A DNA stretch of 64,000 nt from a virus. This document shows, one piece after another, positions 36,721-45,685 of the stretch. A program made the position numbers and the translations under genes. The stretch spans positions 64,001 through 128,000 of the IMG/VR virus record IMGVR_UViG_3300044614_002195; one strand, given 5' to 3'. Numbering within the stretch: position 1 is the first letter of the stretch; each line of letters opens with the position of its first letter. The notes beneath the pieces were generated by a model, which ran no database searches, was not told the origin of the DNA, and worked only from the letters and a program-made list of their open reading frames with translations.

Positions 36721-36751
36721 ACAATAAACAAACAATTAAACAATAAATTAT

Positions 36752-37753
36752 ATGACAAACGAATATCAAGTAACTGAAACATTGCAGAAATATTATGACA
36801 AAGTTTTCCAAGACGGAAAGCTTGTAAATATTCACATCGGTATGTGGGGAATGAGTTATAACCTCACAGAAGAGGACATTAAGCTCGATAACAAGCTACC
36901 AGATACTATCAAGCTGGGTAAGAAAATGCTTATCAAGCCTGCAGTATACAACAAGTTCAAGAACATTGAGCAAAAGATCCGTAAATATCTTTACGTTAAT
37001 TCTTTTGATTTCCCTCTAGTAAGTCAGGCGCATTTTGTACCTAAGGCAAAGTATCTAGAGGTTTACACGACGCTAGATAAGATGCGCGTTGAATTCATGC
37101 AGATGGTTGACGAGTTCGTAGAAAAATACGAAGACTATAAGAAGGAGGCTATCGCATATTACCAAGAGCATAAGGATACGGTTAGTGTAGACGATTTAGA
37201 AAAATACTATCCAGCTGCAGCTAATGTACGAAGCAAGTTTTACTTCGACATTGTATCTTTTGAAATTGCACTACCTGCTGAGTTTAAAGAACTCAATTTG
37301 CAGGATGAGATCAATCGAGAAATTGCTGGAAAAGAGGCTAAGTCAAAGGCGCTTGAGAACTATAAAACTGAGTATGGTAAGCAGATCAGTACGCACATGG
37401 CAAAGATCAACGACTTTGTGGGTGAAGTCACAGCCACATTGCGTTCAAAGATCGTTGAGCATTGCTCTAAAGCCCTGGATAAAATAAACAAGAAAGAAGT
37501 TGTGTCTGAGTCTAGCATCAAGACATTGCTTAAGCATATTCAAGAGTTCAGAGATATGAACTTTGTTGACGACAAGGCCGTTGAGGCTGAGTTGGCTAAA
37601 GTTGAGCGTTTACTTGTAGGTAACCACGACTTTGATAAAGACAAGGACGCCATGGGTCTACTTCAGCAGCATCTGAACACTCTTGTAAAAGAGGCTGAGA
37701 GTCTGTCTGACGTAGCAAACGTTTCAGGTGAATATTTCAGGAAACTTGCATAA
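36752..37753 (+). CDS. DUF3150-like helical protein
   Basis: KLGKKMLI...RKYLYVNSFDFP...HFVP...FVEKY...YP...VRSKFYF pattern; lies next to the AAA gene. Confidence 0.6.
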   Translation: MTNEYQVTETLQKYYDKVFQDGKLVNIHIGMWGMSYNLTEEDIKLDNKLPDTIKLGKKMLIKPAVYNKFKNIEQKIRKYLYVNSFDFPLVSQAHFVPKAKYLEVYTTLDKMRVEFMQMVDEFVEKYEDYKKEAIAYYQEHKDTVSVDDLEKYYPAAANVRSKFYFDIVSFEIALPAEFKELNLQDEINREIAGKEAKSKALENYKTEYGKQISTHMAKINDFVGEVTATLRSKIVEHCSKALDKINKKEVVSESSIKTLLKHIQEFRDMNFVDDKAVEAELAKVERLLVGNHDFDKDKDAMGLLQQHLNTLVKEAESLSDVANVSGEYFRKLA

Positions 37754-37756
37754 CCG

Positions 37757-38059
37757 ATGTATCCAGGAGACGATCAAAACGAAACAACTGACCCTCCATA
37801 TTTTGACACCCTAACTGTCAAGTTTAGGGGAGACAATTATGAGGTTGCATTACCATATTGCGAAGTAGCCAATGGCGAGATCACCGAGATAAATGACAAG
37901 GCTGTTAAGATAGCTTATTTAAAAGATGGAGTGAAAGATACTCTGGTAATGTCACATCCTGATTTTGTCACAGTTATTGAAAAAGCATTCGATATCAAAG
38001 AAATCACAAAGCTGAGCATACAGCGCGCCAACAGCTACGACACAATAAAAATATTATGA
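37757..38059 (+). CDS. Hypothetical protein
   Basis: 100-aa ORF within the operon; ATGA overlap downstream. Confidence 0.55.
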   Translation: MYPGDDQNETTDPPYFDTLTVKFRGDNYEVALPYCEVANGEITEINDKAVKIAYLKDGVKDTLVMSHPDFVTVIEKAFDIKEITKLSIQRANSYDTIKIL

Positions 38060-38445
38060 GTCATTCAGTAGACATCAAAACACAGTTCAAAAATACCAAT
38101 AATCTACTTGCGCAGTTTAAAGCGCTTGGGTGGAGGATTGAAATGAATACGAAGTGTACAACATATCCTAGCGATCCTCGCCGTGGAGAGATACACAAGT
38201 ATGTAGCAAAAAACCCCAGTTCTGTAGGATACGATGTGGGAGTTAACCTAGATAATGAGGGTAACGCCTACTTTGTGTGCGACTTCTATGATCGTAGCAT
38301 CGAGCAGAGCTTGGGTAAAAACCTGCAGAAAGTCAAACAGGGCTATGCACTCAGCGAAATCAAAAAGCGCTTGCGTGAAGAAGACCTGGAATATAAGGTA
38401 AGCGAACTACCTACAGGCGAGCTAATCGTGGTTGCTGAAAAATAA
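38056..38445 (+). CDS. DUF1257 / Ycf35-like protein
   Basis: MSHSVDIKTQF...LLAQFKALGW...YDVG...YFVCDFY...KQGYAL pattern. Confidence 0.7.
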   Translation: MSHSVDIKTQFKNTNNLLAQFKALGWRIEMNTKCTTYPSDPRRGEIHKYVAKNPSSVGYDVGVNLDNEGNAYFVCDFYDRSIEQSLGKNLQKVKQGYALSEIKKRLREEDLEYKVSELPTGELIVVAEK

Positions 38446-38446
38446 T

Positions 38447-38647
38447 ATGTCTAAAAAAATAGTATTTAAAATTACTAAAGATGGCGATGTTGTAGTTGAT
38501 AAAGTTGAAGGCTACGGATCGTCATGTCTTGAGGCTACCAAGTTCATAGAAAAAGCCTTGGGTAAAGCAGATGAGTCTACTCGCAGAATGACTGAGGAAT
38601 ACGAAGAACCTATAAAGGTAGATAATTCTGAGCGTATACGCAATTGA
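38447..38647 (+). CDS. DUF2997-like protein
   Basis: IVFKITKDGDVVVDKVEGYGSSCLEATKFIEKALG...TEEY pattern. Confidence 0.7.
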   Translation: MSKKIVFKITKDGDVVVDKVEGYGSSCLEATKFIEKALGKADESTRRMTEEYEEPIKVDNSERIRN

Positions 38648-38907
38648 TGAAAACAGTCATATACGTAGACAAAGATGGCAACGTCAGCGGACTGGCTGAC
38701 GATGTTATAGATAGATTGACTTCTCTAGGTAACAAGCAAGTAACCCGAGTATCTAATGTGGAATTTGACCATACAACACAGTTATGGTCAGCCACAGATC
38801 TCGATGGAGCAGTCATAGCTACCAGTCCAATCAGGAGCGAGGTAATCAATATGGAACGAGATTACCTAAATAAAAAAATAGAAGAGAGCTTCGCAGCTTC
38901 CCTCTAA
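38644..38907 (+). CDS. Small hypothetical protein of the Ycf46/DUF1257/DUF2997 neighbourhood
   Basis: VIYVDKDGNVSGL...LGNKQVTRVSNVEF...WSA...RSEVINME; ATGA overlap. Confidence 0.55.
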   Translation: MMKTVIYVDKDGNVSGLADDVIDRLTSLGNKQVTRVSNVEFDHTTQLWSATDLDGAVIATSPIRSEVINMERDYLNKKIEESFAASL

Positions 38908-38956
38908 ACCCACATCAACCCTTCAGGTCCGATCCCTGTCGGGTTGAACACTTTAT

Positions 38957-39343
38957 ATGCAAAGACTATTAATTGAAATAATGTGCTGTGACAGCAATCA
39001 TGGCAGACATGCAGGAAAGGTAGTTATAGTAGAGTTAAACTTTGATGATGAAATCTACAGAGTATTGACTCACAGCGTCAGAACTAATCCTCAAAAGCAT
39101 CAGAGGAAAAAAATATCTAGCAGAATACGATTACAGACAGAACACCAGGAAGCAGCACTCAGTATGCATAAGGCTATTCTGAGGGAGAAACAAAAAGCGG
39201 GATTTAGGTTTTTAAGAAATGGAGAAAAGATAGCCGTACCAAACTTTAAAGATATTTTTAAACCTACTTTAAAAGCAAGAAAGGCTAAGCCTAAGACTAG
39301 AGAAGTAAAACCAGAAGAACCAGCGTATAGAAAACTATCATAA
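38957..39343 (+). CDS. Basic protein, possibly WGR-like
   Basis: Beta strands followed by EAALSMHKAILREKQKAGF, similar to the WGR C-terminal helix. Confidence 0.35.
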   Translation: MQRLLIEIMCCDSNHGRHAGKVVIVELNFDDEIYRVLTHSVRTNPQKHQRKKISSRIRLQTEHQEAALSMHKAILREKQKAGFRFLRNGEKIAVPNFKDIFKPTLKARKAKPKTREVKPEEPAYRKLS

Positions 39344-39348
39344 CTAAT

Positions 39349-39540
39349 ATGAGAAAATCAGGAAACAGAACATTTGCAAAAAATTTAAAACGCTTAAAGA
39401 GTAAAGGAGCGATGGCTGTGAAGTCGAATGGTACTCCTTTATTTTTGGGGTCGATAAGTAATATACCTAAAGGATTTTCGGCCGAATATACAGTAAAAAT
39501 TAAATCAAGGGTAAATAAATATGAAATTTCTAGCATTTAG
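39349..39540 (+). CDS. Small basic hypothetical protein
   Basis: 63-aa ORF in the co-oriented run. Confidence 0.45.
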   Translation: MRKSGNRTFAKNLKRLKSKGAMAVKSNGTPLFLGSISNIPKGFSAEYTVKIKSRVNKYEISSI

Positions 39541-40627
39541 CGACCAGCATCTAGAGAGTAAACTCTATAACATCCCTGAACTCGAGCAGGACAATCGAGA
39601 GTTGTTTAAGATGGTTGTGGATAAAGCTATGGAGCTTGGCGTAGACTATCTTATTAGCGTCGGTGACCTATTTGATAACAACAGACCAAATAGCGAAACA
39701 ATACGCTTCGTAAGCGAAGAATTATCCAGACTCAGTGCAGATGTAACGCCTCTGGCAATAGCTGGTGACCATAGTAAACCAGTAAACGGTGCCACCTGGG
39801 AGCATGTGTGCGGGTTTCACAGTGTTAATAACTTCGATAGTTTTGTAGGTGTAGACTATAATGATAACCCTGCTGACGTAATTGCTCTAATTAACCATGA
39901 GCTGAATAAGCGAGCCAAAGACACTGTTAGGTGGATATTCATGCACCAGCAGATTCCTGAGTTATGGCCGTTCTGTGAAGAGAAGAAAAAGATTAGTATC
40001 AAAGATCTAGACCTGTCTAACCAGTGTGGAAGCATTGAGGGAATATTATTGGGCGACATTCATATCCGTAGGGAGATGCGCTACTTCGACAATATCTGCA
40101 ATAAGGAGTTGTTTGTAGGATATTGTGGCAGTCTTGGTGTCACAGCAGCCAACGAGACCTCTAAGCCTGGTTTGTACTATTATGATGGACAAAAGCTTTC
40201 CACCATAGAGTACACCTTACCAAGAAAGTACATAACCATTGAGATTCATGACCATGTGGCTCCTGAGAGCGATTACCTGGTTGAGCTAAAGAAGAAATAT
40301 GAGGTGTACAAGCAAGAAGCTAAACGACCTGTATTTCTGGTAAAGATCTACAAAGGCTCAGAAGTAGGTAATAACCTGAATTTCCTCTATGATATTGGCT
40401 ATGTACGCATGACCAAGGTTAAAGAGGACAAGGAGGGCAATGAAGAGATGGTCAACATTAGGTCAGAGCTTAAAACAATGGATAGGATTGAGGCTGTACT
40501 CAAGCAGATGACATCCTCATTGGAAAACGCTGATCTTGTGTTTGACCTAGCTAGCAAGCTTCTGACAGAAGCAGATCCTAAGATGGTATTAGATAACTAC
40601 AAAGCAACAATATATGGAACCGTATAA
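39521..40627 (+). CDS. sbcD: SbcD/Mre11-like metallophosphoesterase nuclease
   Basis: FSDQH, GDLFD, AGDH, FMHQ and LGDIH motifs, plus YCGS. Confidence 0.85.
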   Translation: MKFLAFSDQHLESKLYNIPELEQDNRELFKMVVDKAMELGVDYLISVGDLFDNNRPNSETIRFVSEELSRLSADVTPLAIAGDHSKPVNGATWEHVCGFHSVNNFDSFVGVDYNDNPADVIALINHELNKRAKDTVRWIFMHQQIPELWPFCEEKKKISIKDLDLSNQCGSIEGILLGDIHIRREMRYFDNICNKELFVGYCGSLGVTAANETSKPGLYYYDGQKLSTIEYTLPRKYITIEIHDHVAPESDYLVELKKKYEVYKQEAKRPVFLVKIYKGSEVGNNLNFLYDIGYVRMTKVKEDKEGNEEMVNIRSELKTMDRIEAVLKQMTSSLENADLVFDLASKLLTEADPKMVLDNYKATIYGTV

Positions 40628-40721
40628 GCTTGCATCCTTAAACAAGCTACCAACGCCACTGGTACTAACAATAGTAATATTTGCCCTAGTGGCTTTTGCA
40701 ATTCACTATAACGTAGACTAG
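40614..40721 (+). CDS. 35-aa single-TM peptide, absent from the ORF track
   Basis: MEPYKLASLNKLPTPLVLTIVIFALVAFAIHYNVD; fills the gap to the next ATG. Confidence 0.45.
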   Translation: MEPYKLASLNKLPTPLVLTIVIFALVAFAIHYNVD

Positions 40722-40722
40722 T

Positions 40723-40914
40723 ATGACCTACATATTAAATATATACATAAAAGACAAGCGCACCAAAAGCGGCAAAAGGATAGTCGGCTCGTATGAGTAC
40801 GATAGGAAAGACATGGAAAGCATGCTCCGAGAAGTAAAAGCATTGTATCCTACTTATAAATCAGAAGACGGTTACATGTTTGAAATAGTAGAACCAGATG
40901 GACACAATATTTAG
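40723..40914 (+). CDS. Hypothetical protein
   Basis: Packed small ORF. Confidence 0.55.
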   Translation: MTYILNIYIKDKRTKSGKRIVGSYEYDRKDMESMLREVKALYPTYKSEDGYMFEIVEPDGHNI

Positions 40915-41263
40915 CGGGTACGTTAAGTTTCCAGCCGATGAAGAGGCCGATCTAGCTACCCTAGATAGGCTTTATCGGCTGTTAGGCTCAGTAGAAGAGG
41001 TTGAAAAAGCTTTCAACATCGAGTTCTCTTGTGGAGATGGAAAATACATCTCTGATATGGAAGACGACTCTAGTGAGCTAGATAAATACGATGGTAACGT
41101 ATGTTTAAACTCTCCGCCAAGGGAAAGCAATGACGGCAAAGAGTTCGAGCTAGGCAAAGACTATCTGTTTGAAATAATGAGAAAAGGTGACAGCGAACCT
41201 TATGAGTGGAGGTTCTATATCGACGAGAAAGAAACAACCAGAAGAATAGGAAGATTAAAATGA
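40898..41263 (+). CDS. Hypothetical acidic protein
   Basis: Packed ORF. Confidence 0.55.
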   Translation: MDTIFSGYVKFPADEEADLATLDRLYRLLGSVEEVEKAFNIEFSCGDGKYISDMEDDSSELDKYDGNVCLNSPPRESNDGKEFELGKDYLFEIMRKGDSEPYEWRFYIDEKETTRRIGRLK

Positions 41264-41865
41264 GTGCTAACAGCAGTTTTCTAAAAGAATTAGAAAAAAA
41301 CCACAGAGAAGCCATCAAGTCAATCAAACGTATGATTGACGTTGAGGCTAGAAAATATCCTGAGTACAAGGCAGCAGCAACACTGTGTAAGTTTCTCTTC
41401 GATAGCGAAGATAGGTACTCAATGATAGTAGAACGTGAAAGGTTTAAAGGTTTTCACGACAATGCTCAAGCCTTTAATATTTTATGTAATAATATATATC
41501 ACTCACTGACCGACGATGGAGATATTGCTTTTGTGCAGATAAACAACCATTGTCCAGCTATCGTGTTTCAGTCTCGCTGGGAGATTAATGTCGACGATCT
41601 CATGTCTAAAAGTGAAAAAGAATTATATGAAAGATTAAATGCTTTTAAACAAGAAAGAGGCATGCTTCCTCTTCACGAGAATAAGATGGTAATTTTTAAT
41701 AACGCTTATGAGTATATCGAAGCAGTTAAACAATACCGTATAGATTCAGAAATTCAGATCAACAGACTTGAAGAATGGAAAAGACTGACTCTTAGACTGG
41801 CAGGCAGACCGCAAGCTAATCTAGATGAAGTTGACTTTGGAGCACCACATTTAAAAGAAGAATAA
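41260..41865 (+). CDS. Hypothetical protein
   Basis: ATG 41260 forms an ATGA overlap with the previous gene. Confidence 0.6.
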   Translation: MSANSSFLKELEKNHREAIKSIKRMIDVEARKYPEYKAAATLCKFLFDSEDRYSMIVERERFKGFHDNAQAFNILCNNIYHSLTDDGDIAFVQINNHCPAIVFQSRWEINVDDLMSKSEKELYERLNAFKQERGMLPLHENKMVIFNNAYEYIEAVKQYRIDSEIQINRLEEWKRLTLRLAGRPQANLDEVDFGAPHLKEE

Positions 41866-41866
41866 T

Positions 41867-41989
41867 ATGAGCATGCCAATCCCGCAGCAGATTAAAAAAG
41901 AGATTTGCGAGAACCCTGAAAACTATTTATTTGGATTCTTTCTTCTAGGTTTTAATATTGGTGGGCTATTGTTTTGGTATATAGCTTGA
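41867..41989 (+). CDS. 40-aa peptide with C-terminal TM helix, absent from the ORF track
   Basis: MSMPIPQQIKKEICENPENYLFGFFLLGFNIGGLLFWYIA. Confidence 0.45.
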   Translation: MSMPIPQQIKKEICENPENYLFGFFLLGFNIGGLLFWYIA

Positions 41990-42011
41990 CTACGTCACAT
42001 TTAAAAGAAGA

Positions 42012-42293
42012 ATGAAAATCGATAAATCTATATTAAAAAGCATCTATCCAAATCACGGCAGACTATCAGTTAAACTAATCGAAAACCTAGGTATTGAAAT
42101 TATATCCTTCAATGAGTATCGCATCACCAACGCTGATGCTTTTATCAAAAACTTTTGGAGTAAACTTAGTGAAGAGCAAAAAGTCAGTTTGTTTTTGACT
42201 CAGCTGGTCGAATATGACGAGAGCATCGATGAACTTAAGAACAGCCTAAGAACAATAGAAGACAGATTAGATAATCTAAAAATTACGTATTAA
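42012..42293 (+). CDS. Hypothetical protein with C-terminal coiled coil
   Basis: Packed ORF. Confidence 0.55.
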   Translation: MKIDKSILKSIYPNHGRLSVKLIENLGIEIISFNEYRITNADAFIKNFWSKLSEEQKVSLFLTQLVEYDESIDELKNSLRTIEDRLDNLKITY

Positions 42294-42294
42294 T

Positions 42295-42525
42295 ATGACA
42301 ACTATCCAAGAACTTAAAGATTTTTTCTTCAACGAATTAAATGTTCCAGAACATGAAAAGAAAAATAAGTGTAGAGTACTCGAAAGGTTAGCAAAAGAAA
42401 TTTTATTGAGAAACGAGACAATCATCCTTAATGGTAAAGTAACATGGTTTGCTATTCGTAAGATTGGATTGGGTGTTTGTGAGGTTTCTTTAAACGATAA
42501 AAAAGTTACTTGCATGGTTGAATAA
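42295..42525 (+). CDS. Hypothetical protein
   Basis: Packed ORF. Confidence 0.55.
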   Translation: MTTIQELKDFFFNELNVPEHEKKNKCRVLERLAKEILLRNETIILNGKVTWFAIRKIGLGVCEVSLNDKKVTCMVE

Positions 42526-42526
42526 T

Positions 42527-42757
42527 ATGAAAGAGAAATGTTTTGCTTATCAGAATAAAAAAACTCTAGAGTGGTTAAAAATATATACTTATTGGAATGG
42601 TGTTTTTGAATTTTGTGATTCATTTGATAAATCTGTACTGTATTCTGCTAGGAACATTATTGAAGAAGATTTCTATAGAATTAAATTAGAAGACAGAGAA
42701 GATTGGCAGTTAATGAAAGTGGAGATTGAGTATAAATTTAACAAAGCGGAAATTTAG
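42527..42757 (+). CDS. Hypothetical protein
   Basis: Packed ORF with TAAT-ATG junction. Confidence 0.55.
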   Translation: MKEKCFAYQNKKTLEWLKIYTYWNGVFEFCDSFDKSVLYSARNIIEEDFYRIKLEDREDWQLMKVEIEYKFNKAEI

Positions 42758-42763
42758 ATTAGT

Positions 42764-43021
42764 ATGAATTACAAATTTGAATCAAAAAAAGACCAGGTGT
42801 ACTTTACAAACTACACATCTCTGAAAAAAGCTATAGAGGATGCAGCAGGTGATGGAGATAGACTGATTGCAGACTATGAGGGATTACTGGACATACTGGC
42901 CAGAAACGAGATCATGTTGAACCCTCAGTATACTGGAAAAAGAGGAGCAGTAGATATAGCAGATATCTATCTACGGCATGTAGAAAATATACTGGAAAAA
43001 GATAAGCAGTATACGCAATGA
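42764..43021 (+). CDS. Hypothetical protein
   Basis: Packed ORF. Confidence 0.55.
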   Translation: MNYKFESKKDQVYFTNYTSLKKAIEDAAGDGDRLIADYEGLLDILARNEIMLNPQYTGKRGAVDIADIYLRHVENILEKDKQYTQ

Positions 43022-43054
43022 TGTCTATCTACGGTACCTAAAAAATAAATTAAT

Positions 43055-43273
43055 ATGAATACACCTACACTAGAAGAGAAGGTGACTCAATATGAGCAGT
43101 TTTTACACAACATCAATATGATGCTAGTCTCTGGAAACAATGAAGGAGTAAAGAGGCTGGTAAACAACGCAGACAGTTGGAGCTACGCTCATCGTGTTGG
43201 TAACGGTGAGCTTACTGAAGAACAACAACAAGAAATTATTAATCGTAACTTCTGGAACCTAAATAACCTATGA
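43055..43273 (+). CDS. Hypothetical protein
   Basis: Packed ORF. Confidence 0.55.
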   Translation: MNTPTLEEKVTQYEQFLHNINMMLVSGNNEGVKRLVNNADSWSYAHRVGNGELTEEQQQEIINRNFWNLNNL

Positions 43274-43782
43274 TAAACGAAGACGAATTAGAAGTTTTAA
43301 GACTCCTTAACGAGCGATATGCAGCCCAGAGTGAAGTGAAGCGGTTAAAAGCAAGAATAGAGATACAAGAAGGCATCTCTAGAGATCTACTCTTGCAGCG
43401 TGGAGAATTGCTAACTGAGTTGAATGTATTGAAGGCAGAACGTGATCTTTCGCAACAAATAAATTGTGACAGCGATCACAAAGAAGCATTGCTGGAGGCT
43501 GAGGATAAGATTGAAGAATTAAAAGATCAGCGAGATCGTTGGTTTAATATGGCGCAGAATGAAAGTGAGAATCGCATGAGGGCTCTCGCTGAATTAAAGC
43601 AGCTAAAGGATCATATTCCTGACGTCACGAAAATGATCAAACCATTGCCGTCTAGACTAGAGATTGCAGCCATGTTTAAAGCAGCATGGTTCGCAAACTC
43701 AGACTATAATTCCTCAGATGCTTGCGACGATGGTTGGTGGATCGAGCAGGCAGATAAACTCATAGAAGCAAATAAAAAATAA
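43270..43782 (+). CDS. Coiled-coil hypothetical protein
   Basis: Heptad-rich N-terminal two thirds; ATGA overlap. Confidence 0.6.
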   Translation: MINEDELEVLRLLNERYAAQSEVKRLKARIEIQEGISRDLLLQRGELLTELNVLKAERDLSQQINCDSDHKEALLEAEDKIEELKDQRDRWFNMAQNESENRMRALAELKQLKDHIPDVTKMIKPLPSRLEIAAMFKAAWFANSDYNSSDACDDGWWIEQADKLIEANKK

Positions 43783-43783
43783 T

Positions 43784-43930
43784 ATGAGATTCTTAAACAT
43801 TGGCGAAACAATAAAAAAGACAGACGAAGTAAACATTCAGTTATCTTATCTTCCACCAATTTGGGAAAAGGTTACTTGTTTTGTTGGATGGAAAGTGACC
43901 GAAAACACATATGGAAAATACAGGAGATAA
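43784..43930 (+). CDS. 48-aa hypothetical protein, absent from the ORF track
   Basis: MRFLNIGETIKKTDEV...YRR; fills the gap exactly. Confidence 0.5.
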   Translation: MRFLNIGETIKKTDEVNIQLSYLPPIWEKVTCFVGWKVTENTYGKYRR

Positions 43931-43931
43931 T

Positions 43932-44132
43932 ATGGGACACTCAAACTACAAACTATCAGACGAACAAAAGAAAGAATTAGATATTCTTGCAGAAGAAATA
44001 ATCAAAGAAATTGAATATAAACTGAGTGGAAATTATGTTGGTATTCTAGACCCTTATGATGGACGTAAATTAGACAACAATAAACTTACTGCCATGATAT
44101 GGTATGTTGGAGATCAAATAGCTTCTTGTTAA
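43932..44132 (+). CDS. Hypothetical protein
   Basis: Packed ORF. Confidence 0.5.
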   Translation: MGHSNYKLSDEQKKELDILAEEIIKEIEYKLSGNYVGILDPYDGRKLDNNKLTAMIWYVGDQIASC

Positions 44133-44133
44133 T

Positions 44134-44499
44134 ATGAGAACAATTAAATTTAGAATGTGGAGTAAAGAAGCAAAAAAATTCTTTTACGATCCAGAAAATG
44201 TGTACGTCTGCCTCAAGTGGAGACAAACCGATAAGGATTTGTTTAACGATATGGTGTGGCAACAATTCACAGGGCTTGTTGATAAAAATGGTAAAGAGAT
44301 ATATGAAGGAGATCTGTTAGAATTTGCTTATACCGATAATAAAAAGTTTGTCGGTAAAGTTGAGTACGAGGAAAAGTTCGCCTGTTTTGTTGTAGCAACA
44401 GGAAATGCTTTTGAGACTTTTTCTGATCTAGCTGACTATACTTCGTCTTTTAAAGTAGTAGGAAATATTTTTGAAAATGCGACGCAATCTTATGAGTGA
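44134..44499 (+). CDS. yopX: YopX-family protein
   Basis: MRTIKFRMW...QQFTGLVDKNGKEIYEGDL...VVGNIFEN. Confidence 0.85.
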   Translation: MRTIKFRMWSKEAKKFFYDPENVYVCLKWRQTDKDLFNDMVWQQFTGLVDKNGKEIYEGDLLEFAYTDNKKFVGKVEYEEKFACFVVATGNAFETFSDLADYTSSFKVVGNIFENATQSYE

Positions 44500-44845
44500 A
44501 CTAACAGAAGGTATTGAGGTTTTATCTGAAAAGAGAAACATGACTATGGGGCAACTTACTAAAGACTATGCCGCCATCATCGACAAGCAGCGAGAAGAGA
44601 TTAGAGGACTTCATGCTGAATTAGAGTATTATAGAGGATTTGCAGAACAACTGGGAGCTAAAAAAGCTGTCTCTGAAAAAGAACAATGGGAGGCTTGTGC
44701 TGATGGTTTAATTGACTATGCTCATGAGTTTGTACATCAATTATCCTTATGGGGTAAAGGATACGATAGAAATGATAGGCAGATCAAGCACGCAGAAGAT
44801 GCTATTGAAGAATACCTGAAACTTAAAAATAAAAACACACAGTAA
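44492..44845 (+). CDS. Hypothetical protein
   Basis: Packed ORF. Confidence 0.55.
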   Translation: MSELTEGIEVLSEKRNMTMGQLTKDYAAIIDKQREEIRGLHAELEYYRGFAEQLGAKKAVSEKEQWEACADGLIDYAHEFVHQLSLWGKGYDRNDRQIKHAEDAIEEYLKLKNKNTQ

Positions 44846-44847
44846 CT

Positions 44848-45054
44848 ATGGCTAATACAACAGTAAAAGACTTCGTAAATCAAATTGAAAGCCTCCTAAG
44901 TAATATTCTAGAAGCACATGACTATGCTATAGAGAAAATGCAGGATGAATTAGATGAAAAGACAGACCTGCTAGAGAGAATGCAGGAAGAGCTAGATCAA
45001 AAGACAGACTTACTAGATAAGTATGTCTCTGAAAACGAGAGTGACGATGTATGA
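44848..45054 (+). CDS. Acidic coiled-coil protein with a 14-aa tandem duplication (44938-45021)
   Basis: MQDELDEKTDLLER / MQEELDQKTDLLDK. Confidence 0.6.
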   Translation: MANTTVKDFVNQIESLLSNILEAHDYAIEKMQDELDEKTDLLERMQEELDQKTDLLDKYVSENESDDV

Positions 45055-45662
45055 AAACACCAATACCTGAACCTGGAAGTAAAGTAAGGTTTAAGAGTGT
45101 AGAACTCTTTTGGTATTTGGAAGCCAGCAAAGCAGCAGGCAAACTGTTGAAGTCTGGTGAGGAATATACCGTAGCCTACACAATCACTAATTCTAGTTGG
45201 ACAGCAGTAGTTTTAAAAGAATTTCCAGCACATAGGTTTAGTTTAAGTTGGTTTGAAATACCCGAGACTATGGAAAAGAACGACAAATTCAAAGTAAAAG
45301 TCATTAGAGAGCAAGTTATCAAGAATCAGGCTGCTAGCGACAAACTATATAATGAACTCGCAGAGAGCCTAGGCGTAGACGAAGACGACCAGGAAGCGCA
45401 CGACTATCTTCACGACGCTATATTCAACAGCAGCAATGAAGAAGACTTCAACTACGCTATCAACTGGTTCGATATTAAGATCAAGGAAGCCAGACAGCGT
45501 AAATTAGAAAAACAATTGAAAGAAAGCTCTCTGAGAGTTTGGCAAGCACTGTCACACATCAATAAGCCATACTCCAGGCTGGAAATACTTGATATGTGGC
45601 TTTCTGGTAAGTTCAATGCAGAGCTGTTACTGCACCACGCACTCTTAGAACTAGCAAAATAA
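45051..45662 (+). CDS. Modular hypothetical protein
   Basis: C-terminal module shared with ORF 50110. Confidence 0.6.
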   Translation: MKTPIPEPGSKVRFKSVELFWYLEASKAAGKLLKSGEEYTVAYTITNSSWTAVVLKEFPAHRFSLSWFEIPETMEKNDKFKVKVIREQVIKNQAASDKLYNELAESLGVDEDDQEAHDYLHDAIFNSSNEEDFNYAINWFDIKIKEARQRKLEKQLKESSLRVWQALSHINKPYSRLEILDMWLSGKFNAELLLHHALLELAK

Positions 45663-45685
45663 ATCATTATTTAAAGTTAATAATT

